A stretch of 63,530 nt of DNA, the filler included, from Bigelowiella natans CCMP2755 (Eukaryota > Protista > Cercozoa), in NCBI GenBank assembly GCA_000320545.1. It is 6 parts of 6 records of this genome, joined end to end, with 100 filler letters (N's around TTAATTAATTAA, not from the genome) between each part and the next. Parts side by side here need not be neighbours in the genome. Positions count along the whole stretch, not along the records: positions 1 to 26,132 come from ADNK01001528.1; 5 more parts are not named here. One strand, 5' to 3'. Shown here piece after piece: positions 12,508 to 26,232 of this stretch. The stretch's first letter is position 1. Each line of letters begins with the position of its first letter. Made by a program: the position numbers and the translations under genes. The notes below the pieces were generated by a model that had not been told where the DNA came from, did not search any database, and worked only from the letters and a program-made list of their open reading frames with translations.

Positions 12508-13733
12508 ATGGCGGATCCCAGTGGGGATGGCAGCCGCGGTTCCGACGGTGCTCCCCCTCCCACACCCTTCCAACTTCAATCTGGAGCCTTGGCGACACCC
12601 ACAAAGCCCATACTTCCTTGGCAATATCCAGAAGGTATAAAAGGCTGTCTGTGAATGGGAAAGGGGTAGAACATTAGATGGAACCGTAATTATTGACGTG
12701 ACTCTCTCCCTTCAACCCCCCCCCTTCGAATTTTCCTCATGCAGCATTCAGCAATTACTCTAGTCCTCAAGGCCCTACGTTCAACCCAATGGAGAACTGT
12801 GTTTTCAAAAGCGTTCTAAGTTTCACGTTAGGTGCTTTTATGCATCGCCACCCCTTTCCTTCATGTTTTAACTCTTCAAAGCTGGCTAATTTTCCCAATC
12901 ATTCTGATTGATTTTTTGGGTCCTTCTGTTAATGAACTATTTTAATGGTGATACAGGGGGTGCAATGGGAGGCGTAATGGGTGGGATCTTTGGTGGGCAC
13001 AACAGCGATTTCATGCTCAACCCAAGATGGGAGTTCATGAACACCAGGTGATCGATCATATACATCTGTAGCATCAAAGATAACAGCTTCCACACGTGAG
13101 ACATGAGCCGGAGAAACAGTCGATTAAATTTCACTCATTCCTGTAGGCAACAAATGTGGCTATCATGGGTGCAGATGCGGAATCAGGCGAGTTTATTACG
13201 CACAAATAAAGCATTCTCTCTTGACATTTTCACCATCGTCTTTCTCGCTGATTACGATTAGCATCACTGCAATGACTTAGGGTCGCTCCATGGCGTGGAA
13301 CTTCGGCATGGTTGGCCTCGTGTATTCGGGAGTCGAATGCATCGTGGAAAAGGTGATTTGGGATCTGGGTGGTATGAATGGGTTTTGGTCGTTTTTGCGT
13401 ACGTTATCGTCATTGCTAGATCATCCATCTTGACTATCAGGAGAGAGGCGCGCAGGACTTGTACAACCCTTTACTTGCTGGATGCGCTTCAGGGGCCATC
13501 CTCGGAGCTAGTGGTGAGTTGTGCACTGTTGGTGACACTATCATGATTATTGTTTAGATGGTAGGTTGGTGCTATCGATGGGCTTAGGAAGTAACAATTA
13601 AGTAATGTGGTGATGAATGCATTGTAACATAACTACAGGAGGTCCGATGGCAGCTGCAACGGGATGTGCAGGATTCGCAGGTTTTTCTGTACTCATTGAT
13701 TGGTACATGTACCATTCAGCTGATGATGAATGA
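12508..13733 (+). CDS. TIM22: Mitochondrial inner membrane import translocase Tim22 (Tim17/22/23 family)
   Basis: Exons give MENCVFKSVLS-GGAMGGVMGGIF, AWNFGMVGLVYSGVECIVEK-ERGAQDLYNPLLAGCASGAILG-GPMAAATGCAGFAGFSVLIDWYM, including both conserved Cys (ENC, VEC) and the C-terminal motif typical of Tim22. Confidence 0.9.
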
Positions 13734-14701
13734 AAATAAATGTGTCACACGCACACGATGAACGGCGGCCGCGGCAGATTTTCCACTCTCCGAAGAGAGC
13801 TGTCTGTATTGCATGCTGCTAGAAACTTGTGCAAAATTTAAAAACTAACATTCGACCATTGCATGAGCTTCATCATGCTATGTCCATGACTAGCTAGATG
13901 ATGATCTTGTGCGCGGTGTCTTTTTTGCACACGTCATTCCGTTAGCAGTGGTACGCGCCGACGTACGGCACTACACCTGATTTCGAACACAGCAATTTGT
14001 GCGCATTTCTGGATTTGAGAAAGCTCATTTGTTGCAATTTGCAATCGAACAGCTTGATGTGGAAGTACCAAATTACATATGGTTATATGGTCTGTTCCAA
14101 TCTATACCAAATGAAATTGCACGGATGCTGTATTACAAGCTAGTGTACGTTATTGTGAGACGAATGTAATTAATAGATATTCCCTGTCTATAATGTTAAA
14201 TCTGTTGGTTTTCGCTACGATGTGTTTCATGCAATTAAATGCATGCTGTGCGTTTCGGTCTCTGGAATGTCGCGCATTTATACATTTCGCGCACTAGTTC
14301 GTGTTTCCTTCTCATCACATGTCAAACTGTTGTTTCGTCGTCGGGCATCACTATGGCAGTGAGCTGGTTCCTCAAGTACTATTGTGTGTGCGTGTTTTAC
14401 AGTTTACGATCGTATTGGTATCTACATATTGACGCGCCGATGCGAGGCAGCCACTACGCTATGCTAGACTAGCTACATGCTTACAACACTGCATGCGCTT
14501 GCGCACACAGAGTGATCAGTGGGTTGGAGACACTAAGACGTGTACTTTGTATGTGATGATAATTTATTTGTATGTTATGTGAGCGCACAATGAATATTGT
14601 ACTTTTTGCATATACACATAATACATATAGCAGTGATGACGCTGCTGCAATGATAGATGACGCCTGATGTTTTGCATCGTTCTATTTCTCCACGATTCAA
14701 A

Positions 14702-15917
14702 TTATTTCCGCCACAACACAGGAACCCTCTCTATAAGATTTTTCTTTAGATCCTCTGTATTAGTGGAAAGTACGTAAAAGTGAGGACGCAATTCAATGCA
14801 ATTCATCATTCGGAACGCAAAGCTTCCAGTATCCGCAGGTGTGAAAAGCTTTTTGTTTGAGTAACAAAAATTTTATTAACTCGAAAGAGGAAAAATGTTT
14901 AATAAAATGGTATTCGAAACGATGTGTATATAAAGTAGATAGATGTGCTGCAGGCGGGATGAAAACACAGGATCCCGTCAAAATGCATACGAGTGAACAT
15001 GCTAGACACTTTTTTGAAGAAGGCAAAGAATGATTTTTTTCGCAGAAGCATCGTAATATCATCTTTATATGCAGATACATAAGATATAGTGGTACCTCCA
15101 ACAGTAGGTTTCAATCCGAAGTACAGATCAAGCATGCTCGAAGCCAGCTCAGGAGATGAGAACTTAACGACAGACTTGTTGGGTACCTTGATGCTTAGGG
15201 CTCCCTTCTCGATATGGAAGATCAGCGTCTCTCCTGATTTCATATCGCCGAAGTGTTGGACAAAATCGTTCACAATGGCGACGCCCCGCTCTCCTGTAAC
15301 ACAGCTCAGAATCAACATTGGGTTCTCAATGCTGGCAGCTGCACGAGTAGAAGCTACTTCAAGAGGGCGGAGATTTGCTAACAGTGCGAAAGAATTGTAG
15401 CGATAGAAATGATATCCTATGCTTATTTACGAGTACACACCAAGGGCCTTGCGCATGCGAACGGCTAAGCCCTCATTGAAGGTGTCGACAAGCTTTTCCT
15501 TGCCCACGGATCGGAGGAATTTCAGCTCAAGAGTTTTTCTGCCGATGCATATATTTCCCAGGGTTGCAAATGAGGGGGCAATTGATGAAGAAGAAGAAAG
15601 GAAGTTTTATGGAGGAGCTGATGACCTGAAGTTTGAGGGGTTGGTAAGCTTCGAATAAAACTTCTCATTCTTCCTCAGAGACTCCAGAGACTCACCTTGG
15701 TGCTGCGAAAGGATTGCAATTGCATCATGACCTTACTCTTTTACTTGATGAAGGGCGTAAATTTAGAAAATAATTTTTGCTCCCTATAGGGGGTGGATGC
15801 CTCAGTACCGCTCGCAATGCCGAACGAGCGCCTGCAGGGTTCACGTAGAAGCCGACAGCGTACACCTTTCGTACGTCAAAGATTCATTTTCATGTTGCTT
15901 CGTCGAAGATATATATG

Positions 15918-15959
<42 letters not shown>

Positions 15960-16602
15960 TACCTTAAAATTAACTCCGACAACTTTTTTTAGCCGGATCC
16001 CAACTCCCAACAGCATGCCAGATTCCGTGCTTAACCCCTTGCTCTCAAATGGGAACTAGGCGAGGGGGGGGGGGGGGGGGGGTCAAATGTGGTGAAGTAC
16101 ATTGAGAACGTAATGTAAATTGTATAGTCGAGAGTAGTTGGATCAGAAGTGTGTGTTACTATTGAGTACCGAAGTTTTGCTGATTGGCTCGGTTATCGGT
16201 GCCGTTGGCCATCGGTACCCGCTCCTTACTATTCCAGCTGCGACGGAGGAGGGTACATGCAGTTGCGGAGTGTGAGTGTCACCATAGGTCACAATTGTTA
16301 ATATTGGGAAGGGAAACCTCCATAGCTTGTACTTGAGGGAGCCTTCACCACCTCTGCGGAAGGGCTCAATGCACTAGCCGCCACATAAAAAACCTATTAC
16401 ACAAGAGCTCATTAGACGTGGGGGAAGCCAACCTGCGGGACGAGGGGGTTACCAAGAGAGTCAAGGCTCCGTAGGCATACCCGTAGTAAAACGGGAGCGT
16501 TCCGAATCCGTTACAGAACAAGGTGTAGCATGCGGTGCTCTTGCTTTTGGTGTCGTCCCCATCCAGGAGGGGCTTGCGCAATCCTTCCTCCACAGACCCC
16601 AT
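14702..16602 (-). CDS. Chalcone isomerase-fold (CHI-like / fatty-acid-binding) protein
   Basis: Exons give ITEP, LLGVGIRLKKVVGVNFK-VYAVGFYV, FNEGLAVRM and MKSGETLIFHI...SPELASSMLDLYFGLKPTV, the typical CHI-fold motif series. The N-terminal exon carries a hydrophobic segment. Confidence 0.8.
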
Positions 16603-17013
16603 TGTTATTCTTCTCTCCGTCTTTACCCTTGTGTGTGTTCTAGTTCCCTTCAAACTTCTAAAAAACAGAGAAAATGACCGAAATTCATTGTCGCAGGTGG
16701 AAATTCCACTCGCTTACTCCGAATCCCCCCACAAGCAGCCCACTGGTAGTGAAGTACTCGGTTCCAACTTCCGTTCCTTCCTTCCCCCCCCTCCTTCATA
16801 GACGTAGGCATGCGGGGGACACAGTACAAGTGAGTTCCTAGTTTGCTACGGATTGGTCTGAAGCTGGCTGATGGAAGCCTTGAGCACGAAGTAAGGGCAA
16901 TCTCCCAGAACAAAGAACAAGATACTGCAGGATCGAGGCAGGGAAGGGGCTGCTATCTAGGGATCACGCCTGCACTACAACCGCGCCCTTCGCAAGATTA
17001 TTCCAATTCTAAA

Positions 17014-18067
17014 ATGAAGGCCACCGCTAAGGGCACCAAACTTCTCCCGTTGGAGCAGCATGGTAATGTAGCGTGTAATACAGCGAACGACTTCTCCCAA
17101 CAAATAAGCAGCATCCACATCAAGAGCACAAATCACGATGGCACCGGCGAATACCTCCTTGATAACCCCCCTCAGCTGCAAGCTAATTGTGACCATCTCA
17201 TAGGCGACCCACCGACGGTGGGCTCATCACGAAACACGCGCGGTTTTCGGGTTAGCGACGCCAAATTCTCTCGTGAACGGATGAAGAAGAGGCTTACAGC
17301 AACCAACGAAGGAGGTGAAGGAGGAGGAGGAGAAGATGATGATGAAGAAGAAGAAAACGGAGCTACTATCAATGTTAGAGAAATCATAGAAACGGCAGAT
17401 GACCTGGACGTGATTCTGGTTGCGACGGCTGAGCGGGCTGTTTCCAGTATCATTCGGCTGGCAACTTGGAGCAAATACGATCATATTATGTTCCTGCGAC
17501 GGAGCCGTTTTACTGGTCGCCTCAGCATTATCGAGGCGGTAGGCACAGGCGTCGTCAACTATAGCTTCACCAAGTTTCTCAAAGCATGTAAGAAATGGCG
17601 GGGGAGGGAAGGGGGGGGGGGTAGCCTTGACGTCAAGCACACTTTCAAACGCGTCCATACAGCAGTTTTTACTTGAACGTTGTGCATCTCACCGCGCTCA
17701 CCGCGCTCACCATACACACCCACCAACCCCCCCTCCCCCCCCACACACACACACATTTGCTCTTCAGGGATGGAAGGCCGATACTTCCGTGTGGGGTATC
17801 GGCGGCTGATATATGGTAAGAATGGACTTCCAGATCGGCTTCGTAAGATCATTCGAGAATTCTGTTACGCACACATCGGCAATCCGTTCGGCATTTCAGG
17901 GTCGTCGTCTTCTTATTCTTCTTCTTCATCATCATCCTCATCATCATCATCACTAGTTTTTGATCGAGAGGGAGAAAGGAATAGAGGATGCAGTAGAGAA
18001 GAAGGGAGTGGGTAGTAGAAAGAGGGTGGCTGCTGCTGCCGCTACTGTCACTGTTACTTTTGTGATT

Positions 18068-18101
<34 letters not shown>

Positions 18102-19473
18102 CGATGACGACGACGAATGCCTTCAATGTTCTTACGACCCTACTATAAAAGGTTTTTCTTCGCAAATGACACCAAGAGCAGGCTCCGGGCAGCAACTAGG
18201 CGGCAAGAGGCAGCAGCAGCAGCAAAGCCATTTCCTCAACCACCGACTGCTTCAAACTCGGTGTTTTCTCTCACGAACTCCTCTCTTCGCAGCCCTGATC
18301 CCCCCGTTGAAAAGCAGCTTGCGAGAAATGTTGGTCGAAGTAGTGGGGGTGCGAACGGAGTGGCAGAGACAAGGACTGAGGGGGGGAGGGGCGAGATCAC
18401 CTCCAAAAGTAGCAGTAGTAGTGAGAAACACGCAGCAGGGGAGGGGGCGATGAAGGCCAGCAGGGTGCATCATCTAAACTCAAGGGTGATGATGTCGACC
18501 AAGGCCAGCAGTGCTGCTGCGACCTCCACTCAAGTTTTTGAGGCGAGAGAGGGGGAAAAGCCTCCTTCCACGTTAGAGCGATTGGGATTAATAGTCGGGG
18601 GAGAGGATAACGAGGAGGAGGAGGAGGAGGAGAGGGGAAGAAGAAGAAGAAGGAGAAGAAGAAGAAGTCAGAATAGCCCCGCAGCTGCTGTTGCACCAGG
18701 ATCTTGTTGTTATTACCCTCCTCCCTGCGACTGGACGACTGAGAATAGCGATAGGTCCTTTTTCTGCTCTGAGCTTGTCGCAGCTGCCTACCGAGCTGTG
18801 GGGATCCTCAAGTGCAATGTAGCAGAGGTAGCAATGAAATATCTTTCTAGTCTGACGATGATGCAATGTCGAAATAAGACTGTACGACAGAAAATGTAGC
18901 TTTAAAACTCCCAAAATCCCTGGGGAAGTTTTTTTTTACTTTCTCCCCCCCCCCCCCCCCCCTCCCCCCCCTCTCCTCCCTCCACATATACCCCCCTCCC
19001 ATTTTCTGTTCTCTCGCTTCGCCCCACGCACTGCCATTCTGACTTGTTTGCGTGCGTACGTGCTACAGGGGTCATTCACCCCGGGAAGCTTTGCTGCTGA
19101 GTCGTGTGATAGCTGGTTGCGACCATGCGCTCAAATGAGCAAGGTTCTTTCTGTGCGGTTCTCCAGAGAGTCGCTCGAGTCTTGGCCCCGCACCCTGAGG
19201 TACTCCAACGAGCGCAGCGCAAGAAACGATTTTTGCACAAGGAGCAGAAGTAAGCAGCAGCCGCAAAACATGCGAGGCGATAACCACTGCCTGAGGGTTG
19301 TGGAAATGGAGGAGGAGGAGGAGGAGGAGCAGGAGCAGGAGGAGGATGAGAAGGACCGCACGAAGGGCAGCAATGGAGGTGAGAAGAGAGAGAGAGAGGG
19401 AAGTGGGAGGGGGAGAGGGGTATGCATATATACGAGCAGCAACAATATTTCGTGGAATTACATGCTTATCGCA

Positions 19474-19554
<81 letters not shown>

Positions 19555-19760
19555 CATGCACATGCAGATACCCCTTCCCTCCCTCCCCCCTGGCTTCCAC
19601 TGACTTGTTCTCACACGTGCGTGCGTGTGTGCACATGTTAGATGTGCGGTCATGTTTTGTAACATATGTTTGTAAGTTTAGAACGTAATCACGTAGGGAA
19701 AAGGCGAAAACAGGACTCCACAATAATCCGAAGGAAGACGAATACACCGTCAGCTGATGA
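17014..19760 (+). CDS. Permuted papain-like amidase (YiiX/YaeF, C92; NlpC/P60 superfamily)
   Basis: Motifs DLDVILV...SSIIRLATWSKYDHIMF...IIEAVGTGV (His ~17482), HIGNPF, FFCSELVAAAYRAVGIL (Cys ~18765) and FTPGSF appear in permuted His-before-Cys order. Start and end are uncertain. Confidence 0.8.
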
Positions 19761-20736
19761 CGACGATGAAGTCCTCCTACTTTCGCCGCCCCCAATTTTC
19801 CTCTCTTTATCACGGCAGCGATTAGGACGAGAATAAGCCGCCTGCTCCTCTGCAACGACCGCAATGATACAAACAACCAAAATGAAATTGAAAGGAGAAG
19901 ATGGGGACGAGTGATGACATGATGACTATATGATTTCTAGTTTGAATGATGTTTTAAAATGATAAGCCAGCATAATCAGCCGTGTCGTCGCCATCGTGCA
20001 TGCCTCATGAGCTGCTGCCTAACGAACAGCTTTTTGCATTGGCTCATGCCATTATAACCATTGTACTAATTTAATATTATGCTAATATGCATATACGGCG
20101 TGAGATCGCATAGCATGTGAATCATCTCCAAGGAGGGACATGTAGGCGTACGTTCGTACGCAATTAAACCACTTTCCAACAGCGTCGGCTATGTGTAGCG
20201 ACGGATGTAATTAATCAATTGAATTTGTTCAATGGCCATCCTTATGTAGCTGTGTAATGTAGCAGCTACACTAGCTACAGCAGCGCTAATGTTGAATCTA
20301 TGTAGATCTAGATATCGCATCTGTCAGCTGCTCATATTTCGATCATACGCGCGACAAGCAGGCGGAGTCGCGCCGTTATGTACGTGTCGTAATTTATTTT
20401 ATCATGAATATTTTTTTATTGGAGCGAGAATGCTCAGCCATCTCGAGACATTGCTTACGACTAATTTCACGACGACCGGCGCGGGCGGGGGTACTCGCTA
20501 CCACTATGCATCGGCACCAGTCTGCTGCACGTGACACGACGGCGCTGATATGCGATGTCTATCGACACGCACAATGCATATGCTCAGTGCACGAATGGAG
20601 ATACGCCAACACATTTTTCACAGCTAGTCGTGCGGAAGTATAGCATAGCACTTTGTGCCATTATATATGCGATGAACATGCAAGAGACCGAACAGTGATC
20701 ATACGCTATCGTAGATCCAGGGGGCAGTGCTTTTAT

Positions 20737-21298
20737 TTACTGCTCTTTCTCCTCATTCTTATCCAAGACTGTATTCACGAAGTATTTTCCCTTTATTCCT
20801 TTCACAACCTCCGCAGTTACCGATCCAGGGGGGACCGTGCGACCTTCCTTCCTCATGCTCAAGAAGAAGCTTTATTATTGGGCAAGGAAGGAGAAAGGCG
20901 ATTTTTTGGGGGAGGGGGGAGGGCGACGCAACGGAAAGTCAGCACATGCAACCAGGCTAGTAGGTGCCTTTCGATATATTTGATTGATTCTCACAGATCA
21001 CGGCTGCACAACAAGGGGAAACGGAAACACATGTGGGAAAAATTTCATCGGTCGCGGTCGGTCCTTACTTTATCAGCGGCGTGATATCTCGCATGTCCTC
21101 GATAACAACGTTTGCACCCCTTCCGTCCTTAGACTTCTTTCCTGCATGGTTTGAGCGTTTTGTGCTGCTGTCAGTATATGGTGTGCCATTCCAAGTTCTC
21201 TTCCCCCCGCCCTTACGCACGTATAATTCCGGCAAAAAAACTACATGTACCACCTAACGAGCCCCCCCCCCCCCCTTGCCACCCTATACTGTCCTCTT

Positions 21299-21337
<39 letters not shown>

Positions 21338-22423
21338 TATAGATATCGCACCGCTGAGAAGGCTTTCCGCATGAGACTTCTTCTTTTCCGGTGGAATGTG
21401 GGAAGCTCCCACGTATCTGAAGATCCGCACAAACAACAGAGGAGGAGGAAAGGGGGACTCAGAAAAGGCCTCTTCCGCCGCCGCCGACAACGACTGTCTC
21501 CGCCGTGCTCATGTAGGGAGATAAACCACACGCGCTGGCGATGTTCTTTGGCACAGAAAGTCTCTGAGGTCGTCTCATCAACACAATAGGGCAGGACGGC
21601 GCTCAAGCAGTAACGACGCACAAATTCTCACCCGACGATGAACCCGACTTTCGCGTTGGCAGCAGATCCAACGCCAGATGTGCTATCCTGTAGTCATTAG
21701 GGAAACAACGGCAGCCCAAACCTTCGGTTACAGACTATGATAGATTGTACTGCTACTCGCTTTTCTTTCGAATCTATTTTACGATTTGAATCGGACCTCT
21801 ACTGCCACGCAGTCTTCCGGCTTATAGCTCTCAGTGCGAGCCCCCTGAGACAAAGACACGCCCACCATCATCGGCAAAGCCAACGAGACGATGGCAATCA
21901 ATCGATGATTATCATGGTGATGATGATGATGATGATGATGATGATGACGATGGTGATGATGAAGATATATTGTTTCAATGACGACGATGATAAGTACAAC
22001 AACTGTTACTACTACTACTACTATTACCACTACCACTACTACTACTACCACTACTGCTACTATTTTGGCACCTTAAGATACACATCAGGGGCTGGTTTGA
22101 ACCGAGAAGGCGTGAAATCGCTCTCACCTGCATACCGAGGGAGGCTGATCTTAGAGATCGTCAAATTTTATGAAACCATGCACCCGCGTGGTACTAAAGT
22201 CCACTGTGTTTCACAAACGCCTTTTCCCACTAGTTTCATGCTGGGGTTGTGTTCTAGAGATGGTGGCAGCGGGCCGATGATGGCAGCAATGACAGTACAA
22301 AATGCTAGAAATAGAGAAGGGAGGAGGAGGATGGCCAACCGACCGCTGTGGATCTTGTGCGGGGGGAAGTATTTCTCGAAACCGAGCGTCTTGACACACA
22401 CCTTATGAACGAAGTAGATAGAA

Positions 22424-22456
<33 letters not shown>

Positions 22457-23179
22457 CAGTTGTAGTAGTAGGAACAAGATCAGTTTCGAGAGGGTGACGA
22501 CAGCAGTGATGATGAGGAATGAGGAATGAGGATGATGATCATGATGATAATGATGCAAGATAATTAAGATAGAAAAGAACTGTCGACACAAAAATCGACG
22601 CAATTCTGAAAGACATCGTCGCATCATTGCTGCGTGGCATGGTGCTGCTTGCGCTGCACCCGCTCCCCTTTTAATACATACAGGAAGTCGTCTGTGGAAA
22701 ACGGGGGGGGGGGGGTGGCATGTATGGCGTGACGCACCGGAACCCTAGGCTTCCCGCTAGTCGTGCAAATGCAAAACGGGATCTTCTGAGATTTCAACTC
22801 CTCGAATACCTGAAAGCCATATTGGCAATAACCTCTTCGTGCGTGTGTGTGTGTGTGTGTGTATGTGTGTGGATAATTACGATATGCACATGAGTGTGGT
22901 ACTGCTGCTGCTGCTGCTGCTGCTGCAGAATGGGTGGGTGATGACATCAGAGGCACTATCACCTGTTCAATGCCATCGCAGGGGGTGGAGAGGACGCCGA
23001 GAGCAGTCACCGTTTCCTCCTTCTGCTGAGTTAGAAGCCTAGGAGGAGAGGGGGGGGAGGGGGGGGAGAAGGGGGAGGAGGAGGAAAAGAGGCGGCGACA
23101 ACGACGTCAAGGAGATGTTTTACTTGCTTCACGAGACTTGTATTGTGCAATAAATATTCTTACGTGGCAGATAATGATA

Positions 23180-23211
<32 letters not shown>

Positions 23212-24606
23212 AAGGTTTCCACTGATCATGTGATAACAGCAACTTACGAGTCGTATTTAGCCTCATGAACGGGTGGCAGATTGAAGCGTTTCCGTGCCTC
23301 GTTGACCACGGAGAGGACCTTCGCGTCCTCAGTCTTGGCCTGAATGGGGGGGGGGGAGGGAGGGAGGGAGGGAGGGAGGGAGAGAGTGTTTAGAGAGATT
23401 CTACTAAGCTGCCAGCCAATCGTCTCCACATCACCACCTTCCGAACCGCCTCGATCGGATCTAGACCCGCAGCCTTGCGTTCCTTCTCACAGTCCTAGAG
23501 AACAAAGGAGGAGGTGGCAGAAGAAGGGATAAGAAGCCGTCATTCTCCACGTACCACATCGGTGCTGAACGCCATAAGGACCTCACCTCAAGCATGAATT
23601 CGAAGGCTTTCCCAGCATTGTTTTGCATCCAAGGCAGCTTCTCCTTTTCCATTGCCGCAGCAGCTGAGATTCGATGGATGGGGATTTTTGTAATGCATCA
23701 GTAGAATTCACTACTTATTTGGATACTGAATCATTGGTGCTTTCGTATGCCCCATCATAACCGTCGTGGCTATTCGCAGGAGGGAGATTGCCCACAAAAA
23801 TGCTAAAAAGAGGCGATTTGGAACGTGTTTGAGGAGGAGGAGGAACCTACTCACCAGCATTGGGCATGTACGGAGCGAGCTCCCAGTACGCAACCTGTGT
23901 CATCAAACTCATTAGAATACTATTAGGTAAGAAGACACTCAATGAAAGCGTTCTCTGCGCTTGCTTCCCCGTCGTTTTCTATGTTTACGTGTGGCTGATT
24001 GATATATGTGAGAGAGAGCACGAATCGACCCCTTCCCACCTCCATAGCTGGCGTTTCCGTGTTGCCAATAGTTCCGTCGAAGTCGAATAGAATGCACACG
24101 TCCTCCTGGTCCTGGTGGACGTTTATTATGGCGGAGAGACGGTGTTTGGGAGCGACAGGAAGAGAAGGAGAAGGGGAAGGCTCAGATTAGGTTGCGTCCC
24201 CGTATGTCGAGTGATAATAGAAAGATATCAGGTAAATCTAAAATAAGATCAAGCGGTCTCGCTATGGTGGATGCGCCAGATAGCCCTCTCCTCTTCCTCA
24301 TCCGGGTTGCAAAAACTATGATCAAACTTCTCCACAAGTAAAATCAGTCTGCACCTTCGACGGGTCGCTTTAAAGGACTCCGTGCATATGTTCCCCATGT
24401 CTCAGTATCTGATTGGGTATTGTCGGAGGGAAGATATAATACTTAGTGACGAACATACATGTGGATCTAGTCGTGGCTAAACAATCAAAGGAACCCTGCA
24501 CTCTCCCCCACCCCCGGCAGCAACCTTCTTCCGCAGTTTCTTCCGGCAAGATGAAGTACGTAGCAAGAAGATATCTCTCGGAGGAGAACAATGAACAAGA
24601 ACGCAT
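20737..24606 (-). CDS. HAD-superfamily hydrolase (subfamily IA, CbbY/beta-PGM-like)
   Basis: Exons give motif I ILFDFDGTIGNTE (~24050-24110), motif II ICTTSG, motif III FKPAPDVYL and motif IV CVAVE-DSTSGVGSAANA. Exons upstream of 24110 are tentative. Confidence 0.85.
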
Positions 24607-24908
24607 GCCGTTTTACCTAAAATTACCGCGAAGAAACGCCCTTAACTGCTCTCCAATGCATTTCGTCCAAACTCATCCATTGCTAGATTGCCTGTGAGAG
24701 ACGAACTTGAAACTGGATCCGCGACATGATCCTATCTGTCGCACTTAGTAAAATCACCACAAATTTCATGTCGCACTTACAAGAAATCGCAATGCTCCCG
24801 TCCCAAAGGAGCTCGGTGACGTGCCCACCCCGTGTTCATGGGTCCTAGACTGGCCTCTCCAGCTACATTTCCGAGTGCCACTCTGGCACAACAGGGTATC
24901 ACGGGCCT

Positions 24909-26132
24909 ATGAAATTCGCTGCTTTTCTCGCACTAGTCGTGCCTATGCTATCGTGGAAAAGTGTCTGTGGCTCTTCGACAAGGCACGTGGTGAGGGGGGC
25001 ACCTCTCCCTCTGAAAATAAGTTGTAATTCCAATAAAGCCCCGCGGCACGGGGACGTGCTTGTACAATCAGTTTTACAGCGAAAAATCCATCTTCTCAAG
25101 GCTCCCCTAGCTCCCCCATTTCGGCAAAGCGACGTTGCAGCCAGTCGGAGGCAGGTGGTTGAGTCGACGGAGTGTATTTAGTATATTACTCAATCTACTG
25201 TTCCTACTTGCGACTGTCGCTTTTCTTCCGTGTGGTCAGCTCCCCCAGAGTCAAATAGATTACCCTATATTTTGACAGGAGTTAAGCAAGCTGGATAACG
25301 ACATAAATGGGGATAGTAATGGCTGCGACGACACGCTAGATACACTAGCAGTATCATCATCATCATCATCATCATCTCCATCGCTCCCATCCCGAGGGGA
25401 CCAGATTAAAGGCGGTCTTGCACTAAGTCTTGTTCCGATAATATGGGGCACATATACTCCAATAATCCGTTTCGCGTACCAGGTCGTCTATCTCGCACAC
25501 ATTAATACAAATAAAAATAAAAATATTTAAGCAATATTCCTTGTACATGTGGATACGAATATGTTCATAATTCATCCACGTTTCGAGGGACGATGAAGTA
25601 ATACTATTGCTTGGGGATAAAATATGTTTTGAATTCCTTCCCACGAAAACAACAGCTCGATGTCCCGCCGCCACCAGAGTTGTGTGTTGTATGAATGGCA
25701 GTACTTTGGGAATTATATGCTCATTACATTATTCCAAGAAACATTTTTACTTTTGAGCAAAAAAGACGAATAAGGATAATTCGAATTGTTCGCGAAAAAA
25801 GGGGGGGGGAGAACGGGGTGGATAATAAACATTCGGTACTTAACCCTCCCCAAATATCCTCTTTATTAACCTCCATCCTTAAGAGGCAGTTTTGGAAATC
25901 AGTTAGGTTGGAAAACAAAAAAAATTTCCCATTCTGCCCCCCCCCCCCCTCCCCCCCCAAATTTCTGCATTAGCCACTTTTTCCAAGGCCGGAGTCGTTG
26001 AAAGCAGGACTAGAACTAGGCCTGTGGCTCTTTCTCGGCAGCACATTTCAGCTCCTGGTAGCAGCTTACATTGTAGTTGTAGGAGCGGCACTTGTAGTAG
26101 CAGTAGTAGCAGCACTGTAGTAGCAAGTAGTA
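24909..26132 (+). CDS. EamA/DMT-family transporter with signal peptide + transit-like presequence; truncated by contig end
   Basis: MKFAAFLALVVPMLSWKSVCG is a signal peptide, followed by a Ser/Arg-rich linker and then GGLALSLVPIIWGTYTPIIRFAYQ, resembling the first EamA helix (xWG motif). Confidence 0.55.
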
Positions 26133-26232
26133 NNNNNNNNNNNNNNNNNNNNNNNNNNNNNNNNNNNNNNNNNNNNTTAATTAATTAANNNNNNNNNNNN
26201 NNNNNNNNNNNNNNNNNNNNNNNNNNNNNNNN
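26133..26232. other. Artificial contig spacer (N44-TTAATTAATTAA-N44)
   Basis: Identical 100-bp construct recurs five times; the linker places stops in all six frames. Confidence 0.97.
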
